DNA of 50,677 nucleotides from an uncultured Bacteroidales bacterium. GTDB lineage: Bacteria; Bacteroidota; Bacteroidia; Bacteroidales; UBA932. The stretch's first letter is position 1. Every line of letters starts with the position of its first letter. The DNA is taken from positions 1 through 50,677 of the forward strand of contig CAJOLS010000004.1 of assembly GCA_905235535.1 (NCBI GenBank), in the 5' to 3' direction. The translations under genes were made by a program, and so were the position numbers. Under the pieces are notes generated by a model. It ran no database searches. It was not told the origin of the DNA and worked only from the letters and a program-made list of their open reading frames with translations. Shown here one piece after another: positions 37,665 to 47,023 of this stretch.

Positions 37665-40600
37665 ATGAAGGTCTGGAAACTTATACGGAATGTGTTCATT
37701 GGACTGGCGGCCCTTGTCCTGGTGCTGCTGGTCACCCTCCAGATACTGCTCCGGCCCTCCGTCCTCACGGGCATCGTGAACAATGTGGCGGCCGGCCTGG
37801 TGGAAGGGGACGTTGCTTTCCAGGAGGTTCGCGCCCACGTTATCAAGAGTTTCCCATACCTGAACATAGACGCCAAGGAGTTTTTCATCACCTATCCCCA
37901 TGAGCGGTATGCCCGCTTTGACAGCGTGTACACCCAGGTGGGCCGGAGGTTCAACCTGCTGCGCATGGGAAACGGCCGCGAAGTGCCGGTGGACACCCTG
38001 GCCTGTGCAAAGGAATTAAGCCTGTCCCTCAATTACATAGCCCTGGCCAAAGGGACCTACCACATTCACAAGGCAGAGCTTTCGAGACCGCGCATCTTCG
38101 CCCATTACTTCGATTCCACGGCCGCCAACTGGGATATCCTTCCCCTGAATTCCGAGCCCAAAGACACCACCTCCAAGCCGCTTCCGCCCATCCAGATAGA
38201 CCGGATTGGCCTTTCCGACAGGCCCGTCGTGGTATTTACAGACCCCGTGGACACCCTCCACGCCCTGCTGTCCATGCGCCGGCTGGAACTGGACGGCCGC
38301 CTGGAACTGGACAGGCTGGAAAAAGTCCACGCCCGTTTTGCCATAGATTCCATGCTCATCTCCGGCCAGTTGCCGCAGGACACCCTGTCCGTCAGGCTGG
38401 AATCCTTGCGCCTTTCGGCCGGGAACCGGCACATAAAGGCCAGTGCAGAGGCCTCTACCCGCCTTCGAACCGGCAGTTTCGGCCGCCTGCAGGTTCCCAT
38501 AGGCATGGAGGTGGATGCCCTGGTTCCGGAGAGGGAAGACAATGCCTTGGAAGTGGTTCTCAATGCCTTGAAACTAAGGCTGTCGGCCCTGGAGATGGAG
38601 GGTAATGGCCGCCTGGTCAGACACCCCGGGAAATGGGAAATGGACCTGCAGGCCGCCATCCGGGACTGCCCGCTGGGAAAACTGATTCAGGAGTACAGGA
38701 ACAACCTGGAATTCCTTAAAAAGGTGGATACGGATGCCCGCATCAGCCTGGAAGCATCGGCCAAGGGCTTCTATGGGGAAGGGCTCACCCCGGCCCTCAA
38801 CGCCCGCCTGCTGGTGCCGCCCGCCACCATCAATTATGAGGGGCTGGGCCGAAAAGGACGCCTGGCCGTGGACACCCGCGTAACCACTGACGATTTGCAG
38901 GAGGTGAACGCCAGGATAGAGAGACTCCTGGTAGATATAGCCGGAGCCCGCATAGACCTCACGGGAACGGCACGGGACGTTTTGGGAAAAGACCCGGCCT
39001 TGCAAGTTGACGGAACGGCCAAGGCCCGGCTGGACTCCCTTACAACGCTGTTTACGGCCGATATGGGCCTCTCCGGGACCGGCGACATAGACGTAAAACT
39101 GAATGCCGAGGCCCGCCTGTCACTGCTTAATGCCGCCCAGATTGGCAAAGCCGATATCAACTGCGACCTCACAGGCCGGAACATCCTTCTGGACCTTCCT
39201 TCCGACAGCCTCCACGCCCTGCTCCCTTCCCTGGAAGTAAACCTGGCCACCCGCGGCAACACCATAGACAGGAACCTGCCCGGTGGCGCCCGTGTGCTGG
39301 CCCTCAAAGCCCTGGTGGACACCCTGGATGTCAACTACGGAAGCATGTTCGTGAGGGGCGGCAAGCTGAACCTCCTCATGCAGAATTCGGCCGATGTGCT
39401 GCAGGGCCGTACGGACCGTACGTCCATCATGGGCCTGTTGCGGGTGGACAACCTGCGCATGAGGGACCGGGACGGAATGGCCGTGGGAGTGAAGGAAAAC
39501 ACGGAGCGTTTCCGCCTGGAACCCGCATCCGAAACCCGCCCTGTCCCGCGCCTCAACCTGACCTCCGAAAGCGGGCGCCTGCGCCTGAGGATGGGAAACG
39601 CCGTTTATTCCCTCCGGGATGCCAAGTTTGACGTATCGGCCCGGCGGCACAAGGTGCGCCAGCCTTCCTCCGAGCGCCGTGGCCACCTGCTGGATTCCCT
39701 GCAGCGCCTTTATCCGGATGTTCCGCGGGATTCCCTTTTCCGCAAGGCCCGGCAGCAGCGCCTGAGCATCCAGGCCAGCGACGAGTTTGCATCGGCCGAT
39801 ATTTCCATCAGCCTCTCCGAAGCCATCCGGGGCTATTTCCGCGACTGGGATGTGCGGGGCAACCTGGATGTGGGCGGCGGACGCATTGCCATGCCGGCCT
39901 TCCCGCTGAAAACCGGCATCGAGGGCGTCAAGGGATCCTTCACCAACGATACGCTAAGCTTGGGGAGCCTGACGCTGAACGCAGGTGCCTCGGACATCAG
40001 TGCCTCGGCCCGCCTGACGGGACTTCGCCGCGCTGTCCTGGGCCGGGCCCGCAGCAAGCTCAAATTAAAGGCCGATGTCACCAGTAACTTCTTGGACGTG
40101 AACGAGCTCATGCGGGCATACGCCTATTACAGCACCTACCAGCCCGAACTGCCGGCCGAAGCTTCCGACGAGGCGGTGGAAAGCGCCGCAGAACAGGTGC
40201 AGCTGCCGGACAGCGTGGACAAAGCCAGCCTGCTGGTGATTCCCTCCAACCTGGAGGTGGATTTCTCCCTGGAAGCCGGCGGCATCCGCTACGACAGCCT
40301 GGAAGTGAGCTGGGCCGCGGCCGATGTGGCCATGCGGGACCGCACGGTGCAAGTCACCAACGCCCTGGCCGCCACCAACATGGGAGACATGTACTTCGAG
40401 GGATTCTATACCACCCGCTCCAAGGAGAACATCAAGGCCGGCTTCGACCTCAACCTGGTGGACATTACGGCCGAAAAGGTAATTACCCTCTTCCCCGCCG
40501 TGGATTCCATCCTGCCCATGCTCACCTCCTTCGCCGGAGACCTGGACTGCGAACTGGCCGCCACCACGGACATAGACACCTGCATGAACCTGATACTGCC

Positions 40601-41243
40601 GTCCATCGACGGGGTCATGCGCATTTCCGGCAAGGACCTCACCCTCAAGGACAGCGAGGAGTTCAGCCGCCTGGCCGAAAAACTCAAGTTCAAGGACAAG
40701 GACAAGGCCCATATCGACAACATGTCCGTCACCGGAATCATCCAGGACAATGTTCTGGAAGTATTCCCCTTTGTGCTGGACGTGGACCGCTACATGCTGG
40801 CCGCCAGCGGGCAGCAGAACCTGGAAAAGGATTTCCTCTACCATATTTCCATCATCAAGTCTCCGGTGGTGCTCAAATTCGGCATCAATGCCTGGGGGAC
40901 GGACTTCGACCATGTCCACTACGGCCTCACAAAGGCCAAATACCGCAGCGCCAGCGTGCCGGTGTTCACCAAACAGCTGGACACCGTGAAGTACAACCTG
41001 GTGGCCGCCATCCACAACATTTTTGAACTGGGCGTGGAGAAGGCCATGGCCGAGAACCACAGCGCCGCCACGCAGCTGTCGGCCCTGAATGTCCAGGAGG
41101 AAAGCGTGCCGCTGGAGGAAGGGCAAGCACCTTCCGAAGGACTCACCGGCCTGGTGGAAGAGGTTTCCAATACGGTTGCTTCCCGCCGGGAGGCCCTCAA
41201 ACAGGAAGTCCTGCGCCTGCAGCAAAAAGCCGCCGACCCATGA
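37665..41243 (+). CDS. AsmA-like envelope protein
   Basis: N-terminal TM anchor, long beta-rich body, C-terminal PF...DRY...G...Y HIS pattern. Confidence 0.75.
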   Translation: MKVWKLIRNVFIGLAALVLVLLVTLQILLRPSVLTGIVNNVAAGLVEGDVAFQEVRAHVIKSFPYLNIDAKEFFITYPHERYARFDSVYTQVGRRFNLLRMGNGREVPVDTLACAKELSLSLNYIALAKGTYHIHKAELSRPRIFAHYFDSTAANWDILPLNSEPKDTTSKPLPPIQIDRIGLSDRPVVVFTDPVDTLHALLSMRRLELDGRLELDRLEKVHARFAIDSMLISGQLPQDTLSVRLESLRLSAGNRHIKASAEASTRLRTGSFGRLQVPIGMEVDALVPEREDNALEVVLNALKLRLSALEMEGNGRLVRHPGKWEMDLQAAIRDCPLGKLIQEYRNNLEFLKKVDTDARISLEASAKGFYGEGLTPALNARLLVPPATINYEGLGRKGRLAVDTRVTTDDLQEVNARIERLLVDIAGARIDLTGTARDVLGKDPALQVDGTAKARLDSLTTLFTADMGLSGTGDIDVKLNAEARLSLLNAAQIGKADINCDLTGRNILLDLPSDSLHALLPSLEVNLATRGNTIDRNLPGGARVLALKALVDTLDVNYGSMFVRGGKLNLLMQNSADVLQGRTDRTSIMGLLRVDNLRMRDRDGMAVGVKENTERFRLEPASETRPVPRLNLTSESGRLRLRMGNAVYSLRDAKFDVSARRHKVRQPSSERRGHLLDSLQRLYPDVPRDSLFRKARQQRLSIQASDEFASADISISLSEAIRGYFRDWDVRGNLDVGGGRIAMPAFPLKTGIEGVKGSFTNDTLSLGSLTLNAGASDISASARLTGLRRAVLGRARSKLKLKADVTSNFLDVNELMRAYAYYSTYQPELPAEASDEAVESAAEQVQLPDSVDKASLLVIPSNLEVDFSLEAGGIRYDSLEVSWAAADVAMRDRTVQVTNALAATNMGDMYFEGFYTTRSKENIKAGFDLNLVDITAEKVITLFPAVDSILPMLTSFAGDLDCELAATTDIDTCMNLILPSIDGVMRISGKDLTLKDSEEFSRLAEKLKFKDKDKAHIDNMSVTGIIQDNVLEVFPFVLDVDRYMLAASGQQNLEKDFLYHISIIKSPVVLKFGINAWGTDFDHVHYGLTKAKYRSASVPVFTKQLDTVKYNLVAAIHNIFELGVEKAMAENHSAATQLSALNVQEESVPLEEGQAPSEGLTGLVEEVSNTVASRREALKQEVLRLQQKAADP

Positions 41244-42097
41244 ACAGCGAAGAATATATTGAAGTGAGCGTGAAGCTGGACCCGTTCAGCGAAGAAATGG
41301 CCGAGATTCTCACCGCAGAGCTCTCGGAGCTTCCCTTCGACTCCTTTGTGACCGAAGAGCCTTTCCTCAAATGCTACATCCAGAAGGAAGCCTACAAGCC
41401 CTCCGACGTGAAGGTGGTCTTGAGCGGGTATCCTGCGGCGGCAGATTTTTCGGCCGTGCTGGTGCAAGGACAGAACTGGAACCGGCTCTGGGAACAGGGA
41501 TTCCAGCCCATCGTGGTAGACGGCAAGGTAACGGTGAAGGCACCCTTCAATGCCGATGTCCCCCGCACGCGCTTCAACATCTGGATAGACCCCCGCATGG
41601 CCTTCGGCACCGGGTATCACCACACCACCTTCATGATGATGCAGCGCATGCTGGGCCTGGAGGAATTCATCCGTGGCCGCTCTGTGGTGGACATGGGATG
41701 CGGCACGGCCATCCTGGCCATCCTCTCTGCCAAAATGCGCGCCCGCAAGGTGTTTGCCGTGGACATTGACGCCGTGGCGGCCCGCAGCGCCTGGGGCAAC
41801 TGCCGCTGGAACAAGGTGGGCACGCGCGTGGAGACCGCCTGCGGAGACGCCTCCCTGCTGCAGATGGGCACCTACGACGTGCTCCTGGCCAACATCCACC
41901 GCAACATCATCCTGCAGGACCTTCCCACCTACTGCCGTTCCCTCCGAAAGGGAGGCCACATGCTCCTGAGCGGTTTCTACCAGGCCGACGTCCCCGCCAT
42001 CCGCCAGGCCGCCGAGGCCCTGGGGCTCGCTTGGGCGGGCTCTTCGGCCCGCGAAGACTGGGCCTGCGTGGAATTTGTCAAGTCATTCCCGGCTTGA
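41240..42097 (+). CDS. prmA: Ribosomal protein L11 methyltransferase
   Basis: QNWN..W, DPRMAFGTG.H.TT, DMGCGTAILA, LANI.RN and LSGF. Confidence 0.95.
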   Translation: MNSEEYIEVSVKLDPFSEEMAEILTAELSELPFDSFVTEEPFLKCYIQKEAYKPSDVKVVLSGYPAAADFSAVLVQGQNWNRLWEQGFQPIVVDGKVTVKAPFNADVPRTRFNIWIDPRMAFGTGYHHTTFMMMQRMLGLEEFIRGRSVVDMGCGTAILAILSAKMRARKVFAVDIDAVAARSAWGNCRWNKVGTRVETACGDASLLQMGTYDVLLANIHRNIILQDLPTYCRSLRKGGHMLLSGFYQADVPAIRQAAEALGLAWAGSSAREDWACVEFVKSFPA

Positions 42098-42116
42098 CTG
42101 GGAATCCTTTTTTTTC

Positions 42117-42124
42117 TATCTTTG
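42117..42124 (+). promoter_or_regulatory. -7 promoter element of tRNA-Leu
   Basis: TATCTTTG(CA), 9 nt upstream of the tRNA. Confidence 0.7.
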
Positions 42125-42133
42125 CACTCCCAT

Positions 42134-42215
42134 GCGGGTGTGTTGGAATTGGTAGACAACCCAGACTTAGGATCTGGTGCCTTACGGCGTATGGGTTCGA
42201 GTCCCTTCACCCGCA
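42134..42215 (+). tRNA. tRNA-Leu (anticodon TAG), CCA not encoded
   Basis: Acceptor stem GCGGGTG/CACCCGC-A, anticodon arm CCAGA-CTTAGGA-TCTGG, long variable arm, GGTTCGAGTCC T-arm. Confidence 0.96.
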
Positions 42216-42257
42216 CGCGAAATTGCCCGGCCTTTTCGGCCGGGCTTTCGCGTCAGA

Positions 42258-42477
42258 GGGTGAAGGGACTCCGTCGGCCCACGTTACCCCCTCCCAGGTC
42301 CGGAGGCAAAGCGTCGCAGGTCTGCAAAAAGTGGGAGGACCGGGGACGGCATACGCACTGAGAGGCCAATTCGCGTCGCTGGTCACCCGGCCTTTTGCGG
42401 ACCGGCGACGGTACCAGATGCCAGGCGCTTTTCGTTTGCGGGTGAAGGAACTCGGCTCACATTACCCCCTCCCAAGT
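42258..42477. repeat. Two degenerate direct repeats, each starting with the reverse complement of the tRNA 3' end
   Basis: GGGTGAAGGGACTC...TTACCCCCTCCCA at 42258 and TGCGGGTGAAGGAACTCG...TTACCCCCTCCCA at 42437. Confidence 0.8.
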
Positions 42478-42539
42478 GCCATTGCCCATTGATAATTCCA
42501 TTTGGATTCCTATCTTTGTAACTTTATTTTAGAACCATT

Positions 42540-44381
42540 ATGGATAGAAAGATCTTTTTTGCCTCTTGCATGATTGCAATGAGCCTTATAGCTTGTTCAA
42601 AGACAGAACCGGAGTCCACGGTGGACCCGCTGCCGCTGCCCCCGGAAATAGAGACCAACAAAGATCTCTCCGTGAAGCCGGGAGACAGTTTCTTTGATTA
42701 TTGCAACGGGAAGTGGCTTCAGTTCACGCCCATTCCGGCATCGGGAAATGTCGGAGGCTTATATGACTCGGAGGGTGCCATGACGCAGCGCATACAGCAG
42801 CTGAGGGCCTCCGTGCCGGATATCGGCCGTTTCTATGACCTTCTGGACCATATGCACGACCAGCCGGAAAAGTCCCGGGCCTATATAGACGCGCAGAAAG
42901 CCCGCTTCCCCCGTCCCACCACCAAGGAGGAGGCTTTCCTCACCATGGGGCGCATGATTCTCGACGGCGTTCCACCCATCTTCGCTCTCCCGATATTACC
43001 CACGTTCAGCCTTCAATTGAAAGACGGGAAACTGATGGGCTTAATCTCACCTCCCATTCCCGCCAATATCCCCATCCTTCCCACTTCCATAACCTCTGAG
43101 GATGTCATCCCCGCCATTCAGACCAAAGCCGGCGAGAGCGAGGCCCTTACCTTCGTGGTACAAGGAATGGGGCTGGACATGTCCCAGGTTTTGGTGACGG
43201 ACCAAACTCTGGCTACCTGGGCAATGCTGGACTCCCTGTCGATGGATGAACTGTGCCAGCTTCTGGACAGTACCTGGGATTATTATGAAATGTTCGTGGA
43301 CGCAGAGCAGATGAAGAGGGTTGGAAAGAATGAGAAGGATGTGCGGCAGAATGCGAGGGGATCGTTGAATTACACGTTATCTTACCACCTGGCCGATCAA
43401 TTTATTCCTTCCTCCTTGAAAGATCGCCTCGTGTCCATTACCGAAGAGGTCAAGGCATCCCTGAGAAAGCGCCTTGAACAGGTGGAGTGGATGAGCGAGA
43501 CCACCCGGAACAATGCAGTGGACAAGCTGGACTACTGTGGAATGTTTGTCGCCTATCCCGACGAGTGGCACATGGACTGCGTGAGTTCCCTCTCCAACTG
43601 CGAGACGCTGGTGGAGGCCGTTCATATCAATAACCGCAATCTCGTCCGCCTGAGGACCCGGCTGCTGGGAGGGAGGGATCTTTTCAGCCACAGAATCGCC
43701 GGACTTCTGTTGGACAGCAACTTTGATTTTATTCCTGCAGACCTCACGCTCTGCAATGCCATGTATGATCCCGAATCCAACAACGTTTTCATTTACCCGG
43801 CCCTGGCGCTGCCGCCCTTCCTTCCCGCGGGCATGAGCGATGCTTTCAGTTATGCCGCTTTCGCCGTCATCGGCCATGAATTTACCCATGGTTTCGATTC
43901 TTTTGGAGCCAAGTATGACAAAAACGGCATACAGAAAAACTGGTGGACGGTGGCCGACAAAATGGCTTTTGAGCAGCGGATGGAAAACATCATCCAATGT
44001 TATGACCACTTGGAAATGGACCCGCAGCGGGCTCCGGGCGTGTATGGGAACGGAGACCGTACCAAGGGGGAAAACATAGCGGACCTCGGAGGCTTTCTGG
44101 CAACCCTGGATGCCTACAAGGCCCTCCTGGAAAGGGAAGGGTACATCGGAAAGTTATACGATGACCAGCTGCGGAAGTTCTACGAATGCTTCGCCCACAT
44201 CTGGTGCATCCAATACGGAGAAGAAAAACTCAGCATCCTCCAGAAGTCGGACGTCCACTCGCATGCCCGCCTGCGTGTCAATGGCGTAGTGATGAATACG
44301 GATCTCTGGTACTATCTGTACAACGTGGACCGGAACAACTATCTCTACCTGCCCGAGGAGCGCCGGACTTATATCTGGTAA
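42540..44381 (+). CDS. M13 (neprilysin/PepO-like) metallopeptidase lipoprotein
   Basis: Lipobox LIAC, PGDSFFDYCNG.W, NAMY, VIGHEFTHGFD, GENIADLGG and HS..RLRVN. TATCTTTG promoter at 42511. Confidence 0.92.
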   Translation: MDRKIFFASCMIAMSLIACSKTEPESTVDPLPLPPEIETNKDLSVKPGDSFFDYCNGKWLQFTPIPASGNVGGLYDSEGAMTQRIQQLRASVPDIGRFYDLLDHMHDQPEKSRAYIDAQKARFPRPTTKEEAFLTMGRMILDGVPPIFALPILPTFSLQLKDGKLMGLISPPIPANIPILPTSITSEDVIPAIQTKAGESEALTFVVQGMGLDMSQVLVTDQTLATWAMLDSLSMDELCQLLDSTWDYYEMFVDAEQMKRVGKNEKDVRQNARGSLNYTLSYHLADQFIPSSLKDRLVSITEEVKASLRKRLEQVEWMSETTRNNAVDKLDYCGMFVAYPDEWHMDCVSSLSNCETLVEAVHINNRNLVRLRTRLLGGRDLFSHRIAGLLLDSNFDFIPADLTLCNAMYDPESNNVFIYPALALPPFLPAGMSDAFSYAAFAVIGHEFTHGFDSFGAKYDKNGIQKNWWTVADKMAFEQRMENIIQCYDHLEMDPQRAPGVYGNGDRTKGENIADLGGFLATLDAYKALLEREGYIGKLYDDQLRKFYECFAHIWCIQYGEEKLSILQKSDVHSHARLRVNGVVMNTDLWYYLYNVDRNNYLYLPEERRTYIW

Positions 44382-44412
44382 GAGGGACTAACCAGTCTTG
44401 TTAAAAATTTTA

Positions 44413-44428
44413 GAGTCTGTTTTCAAAT
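44413..44428 (+). mobile_element. Solo MITE-like terminal repeat
   Basis: TTA followed by GAGTCTGTTTTCAAAT (15/16 match to the TIR). Confidence 0.6.
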
Positions 44429-44430
44429 TG

Positions 44431-44597
44431 GCCGGTTTCCTCATCTCCTTCTTCGGAGGCAGTAAAGTACAGATTGGCGGCCCTATCCCGCATACCTCAT
44501 CCAGCCTATGACTAACGGCATGCCGAGAACCGTCCTTCCGGACGGGGCCATTAAAAAAGCCCGGGCCCAAAAGGCCCAGGCTGCCAAGAAGAAATAA
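44431..44597 (+). pseudogene. Collapsed relic of a SulP/SLC26 anion transporter gene
   Basis: 44431-44484 translates to AGFLISFFGGSKVQIGGP, the SulP signature. A downstream frame ends VLPDGAIKKARAQKAQAAKKK-stop. Confidence 0.65.
44553..44582 (-). terminator. Intrinsic terminator of the pilin cluster
   Basis: Minus strand AGCCTGGGCC-TTTTG-GGCCCGGGCT followed by a T-run, about 20 nt after the stop. Confidence 0.6.
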
Positions 44598-44603
44598 TCC
44601 TTT

Positions 44604-47012
44604 TTACATACTGGCGGGGCGCACGGACAGGGCACGCACGCGACGGCCGCGGCTACTGGGATCAACGAGCTGGTAATCGAATTCCAGGATGCGGGCTTCA
44701 CTGTCACTGATGGCCTTGTTGGACCAGTAATAACCCGTATTTCCCGCATTCACCGGATCTCCCTTGGAAGAGTTGCGGTATCCCAGGGCGGCGTAGAAGT
44801 ACGCACCCATCCACCATCCCTTCTTGAAGTCTCCCACCGTAGCGGGAAGGAGGGCCAGCGTTTCGGGTGTAGGAACCTTGAAGCCGGCGGGGGAAGGATC
44901 GTAGATGCTCTTGCCACCGCCGGTAACAGCCCACCAGTTGGTTTTTCCGGTATCGGAGCACCAGTCAAAGGGAGCATCCGTTCCATAGCTCACGTGAGCC
45001 CAGGGAGTACGGATGGAGACACCCACCGAAGACTTCTCCGTGGTCTGGGCAAGGGAGGCGTACAGGCCATAGGCGTTGATACTGCCCGTTGCGACAATCG
45101 GAAGGAGCGGATCCTTTCGGCCAAACTGATAATAGGGGCTGTAGCCATCCGAATCTACTTCTACCTTCACCTCGGAGGCCGGGCGGGAAACCTTCATGAT
45201 ATAGAATTTGCCTCCCAGCTTGTCCTGCTGCAGGCGGATATACACCTCTTCGGCATCATAAACCGTATGATAAGCCGTACCCTGTTCTATCCAGCCCAGG
45301 TTCTTGGACATAAGGGTGGGAGTGCTGACGGGGCGGCTTTCTGCTTCCGTTACCCAGATGAGGTAGCTCCACATCACAAGCCCGCGTTCGTCGTTCACGC
45401 CCAGGTGAATAAGGCCCTGGGTGATGTTTTCTGCATCAATATGGAAATTGAGCCAGTAAACGTTGCCGTCGAAGGAGATGGCGCTGGAGCCGGAAACGGG
45501 GGCCACATCCCAGGAGCTGGTACCCATCACATCCACCTGCATCTGGTCTTCCCAGATAACGAAGGCCGTGGTGGGAACGCCTGCGCCGGTGCTGCTGCTC
45601 TGCAGGTACGGCGAAGAAATGGGCGCATCCATATAATCCCGGTAATTGGCTTCCGAATAAGATTCTGCCACAATGGTTCCGTTCTTGACGCCATTTCCCA
45701 TAACCAGCGGAATGCGGTAATAGCCGGGAGCCGATACAATATAGGTATTGGCCGATTCTTCAATGGTGGAAGCACCGGTAGAATTGGAAAGGTTCCAGGG
45801 GCTGGAAACCGTTCCCCTGGCACCGGCGGCGCGAAGGGCCTTCTGGATATTCTCAAAACGGGAGGAGGTTTCCACATGGCTTTCTGCGGGGGCGCAGGTA
45901 ATCTTCACGGAACCGCGGCCCTGCTGATCCAGGGATCCGGCGTCTACCGAAGTGACAAAGCAGGAAGAGAGCGGGTTGGTGGTTGCAATGGCATCCTGGC
46001 TGGTGGCATAGAGGCCCTGTACCTTCCAGGGAATGGCTTCCCTGGTAACACCACCATCCTTGGTACGCCAGCTTTCCAGGTTGTCCACCACAATGACGCC
46101 GCCTTCCGGGCTCACTCCTTCCACATCCGGAACGGAGAAGCCGAAGACATAATCGTCCCTAAACAGGACATACTCGTAGGCATAACCGGCCTTCCACTCG
46201 TGTCCCTGGAGAGGAATCTCGTAAGTCTTACCATCCACCACCATCCGGATGACGGCGCCGGCAGGACAAATCTGGGGCAGGAGCATCAGCGTGTAGCGGA
46301 TATCGAAGTTGTCGTAGCCTCCTTCACTCACCGTCTCGGGGGCCGTGATGGTATAGGTATTGGTGGCCTTCCTTTCAGCCCAGCTGTCCGTAGCAAAACT
46401 GTACACACCGCTGTCATAAGCCCCTTCCAGGGTAACAGACTCAATATTGAGGTTTCCCTTCAGGGTGAAGTTGATACCCGTAAGGATATGGTGGAAGCTA
46501 AGGTCTACCGTTCCGCTCTCCCCTTCGGCCGGATAGTCCTCCACGGGCCCGGGAACAGAGACCAGAAGTCCCCTGTGCTCCTCAATTTCGGCCGGAGCGG
46601 AGTACGTAAGCTTGGGAAGGGTACGGGCCGGGGTTTCCATCTGGGCCGCCGAATAAGGCGCATAGGCGAAGAAACGGATGGAACCTCCCTGATCCGGCCA
46701 GAGGGACGTCTGGGAAGACACCCATATTCCCTTGCCGGGGTCATAGACCACCTTGGCCGTGTTCATATACAGGGCCGGGACATCGGAAGAGGCGGCATAA
46801 GTATAGGCCGCTACGCCAAAGGGGATGGTGGTCACATCGTCAGTATCCGTATAAGGGACGCCCTTGGTGACCTCATCGGCCGGAAGCATGGGCTGGGCCG
46901 ATACCTGGAAGCGGATGCCGCCGTCTGCGGGCTCATCCACCGCCACTTCTTTTGCGCAGGAGGCCAGCAGGGCACCTGCACCTATCATAAGGATATATAG
47001 ACTCTTTTTCAT
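44604..47012 (-). CDS. Fimbrillin (Mfa/Fim type V pilin)-like lipoprotein with C-terminal adhesin domain
   Basis: Lipobox LASC, VTKG processing-like site, FFAYAPY, L.F.H.L, ANTYIV..PG.Y, YYQFGRKDP, YDPSPAGFKVP and GYYWS...SVRP. Confidence 0.8.
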   Translation of the reverse strand: MKKSLYILMIGAGALLASCAKEVAVDEPADGGIRFQVSAQPMLPADEVTKGVPYTDTDDVTTIPFGVAAYTYAASSDVPALYMNTAKVVYDPGKGIWVSSQTSLWPDQGGSIRFFAYAPYSAAQMETPARTLPKLTYSAPAEIEEHRGLLVSVPGPVEDYPAEGESGTVDLSFHHILTGINFTLKGNLNIESVTLEGAYDSGVYSFATDSWAERKATNTYTITAPETVSEGGYDNFDIRYTLMLLPQICPAGAVIRMVVDGKTYEIPLQGHEWKAGYAYEYVLFRDDYVFGFSVPDVEGVSPEGGVIVVDNLESWRTKDGGVTREAIPWKVQGLYATSQDAIATTNPLSSCFVTSVDAGSLDQQGRGSVKITCAPAESHVETSSRFENIQKALRAAGARGTVSSPWNLSNSTGASTIEESANTYIVSAPGYYRIPLVMGNGVKNGTIVAESYSEANYRDYMDAPISSPYLQSSSTGAGVPTTAFVIWEDQMQVDVMGTSSWDVAPVSGSSAISFDGNVYWLNFHIDAENITQGLIHLGVNDERGLVMWSYLIWVTEAESRPVSTPTLMSKNLGWIEQGTAYHTVYDAEEVYIRLQQDKLGGKFYIMKVSRPASEVKVEVDSDGYSPYYQFGRKDPLLPIVATGSINAYGLYASLAQTTEKSSVGVSIRTPWAHVSYGTDAPFDWCSDTGKTNWWAVTGGGKSIYDPSPAGFKVPTPETLALLPATVGDFKKGWWMGAYFYAALGYRNSSKGDPVNAGNTGYYWSNKAISDSEARILEFDYQLVDPSSRGRRVRALSVRPASM

Positions 47013-47023
47013 AGGCTTTCCTC

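Noticed and set aside
46434-46442. AACAGACTC match to the TIR end inside the pilin gene
   Set aside because: Only 9 bp, within an intact CDS; consistent with chance.
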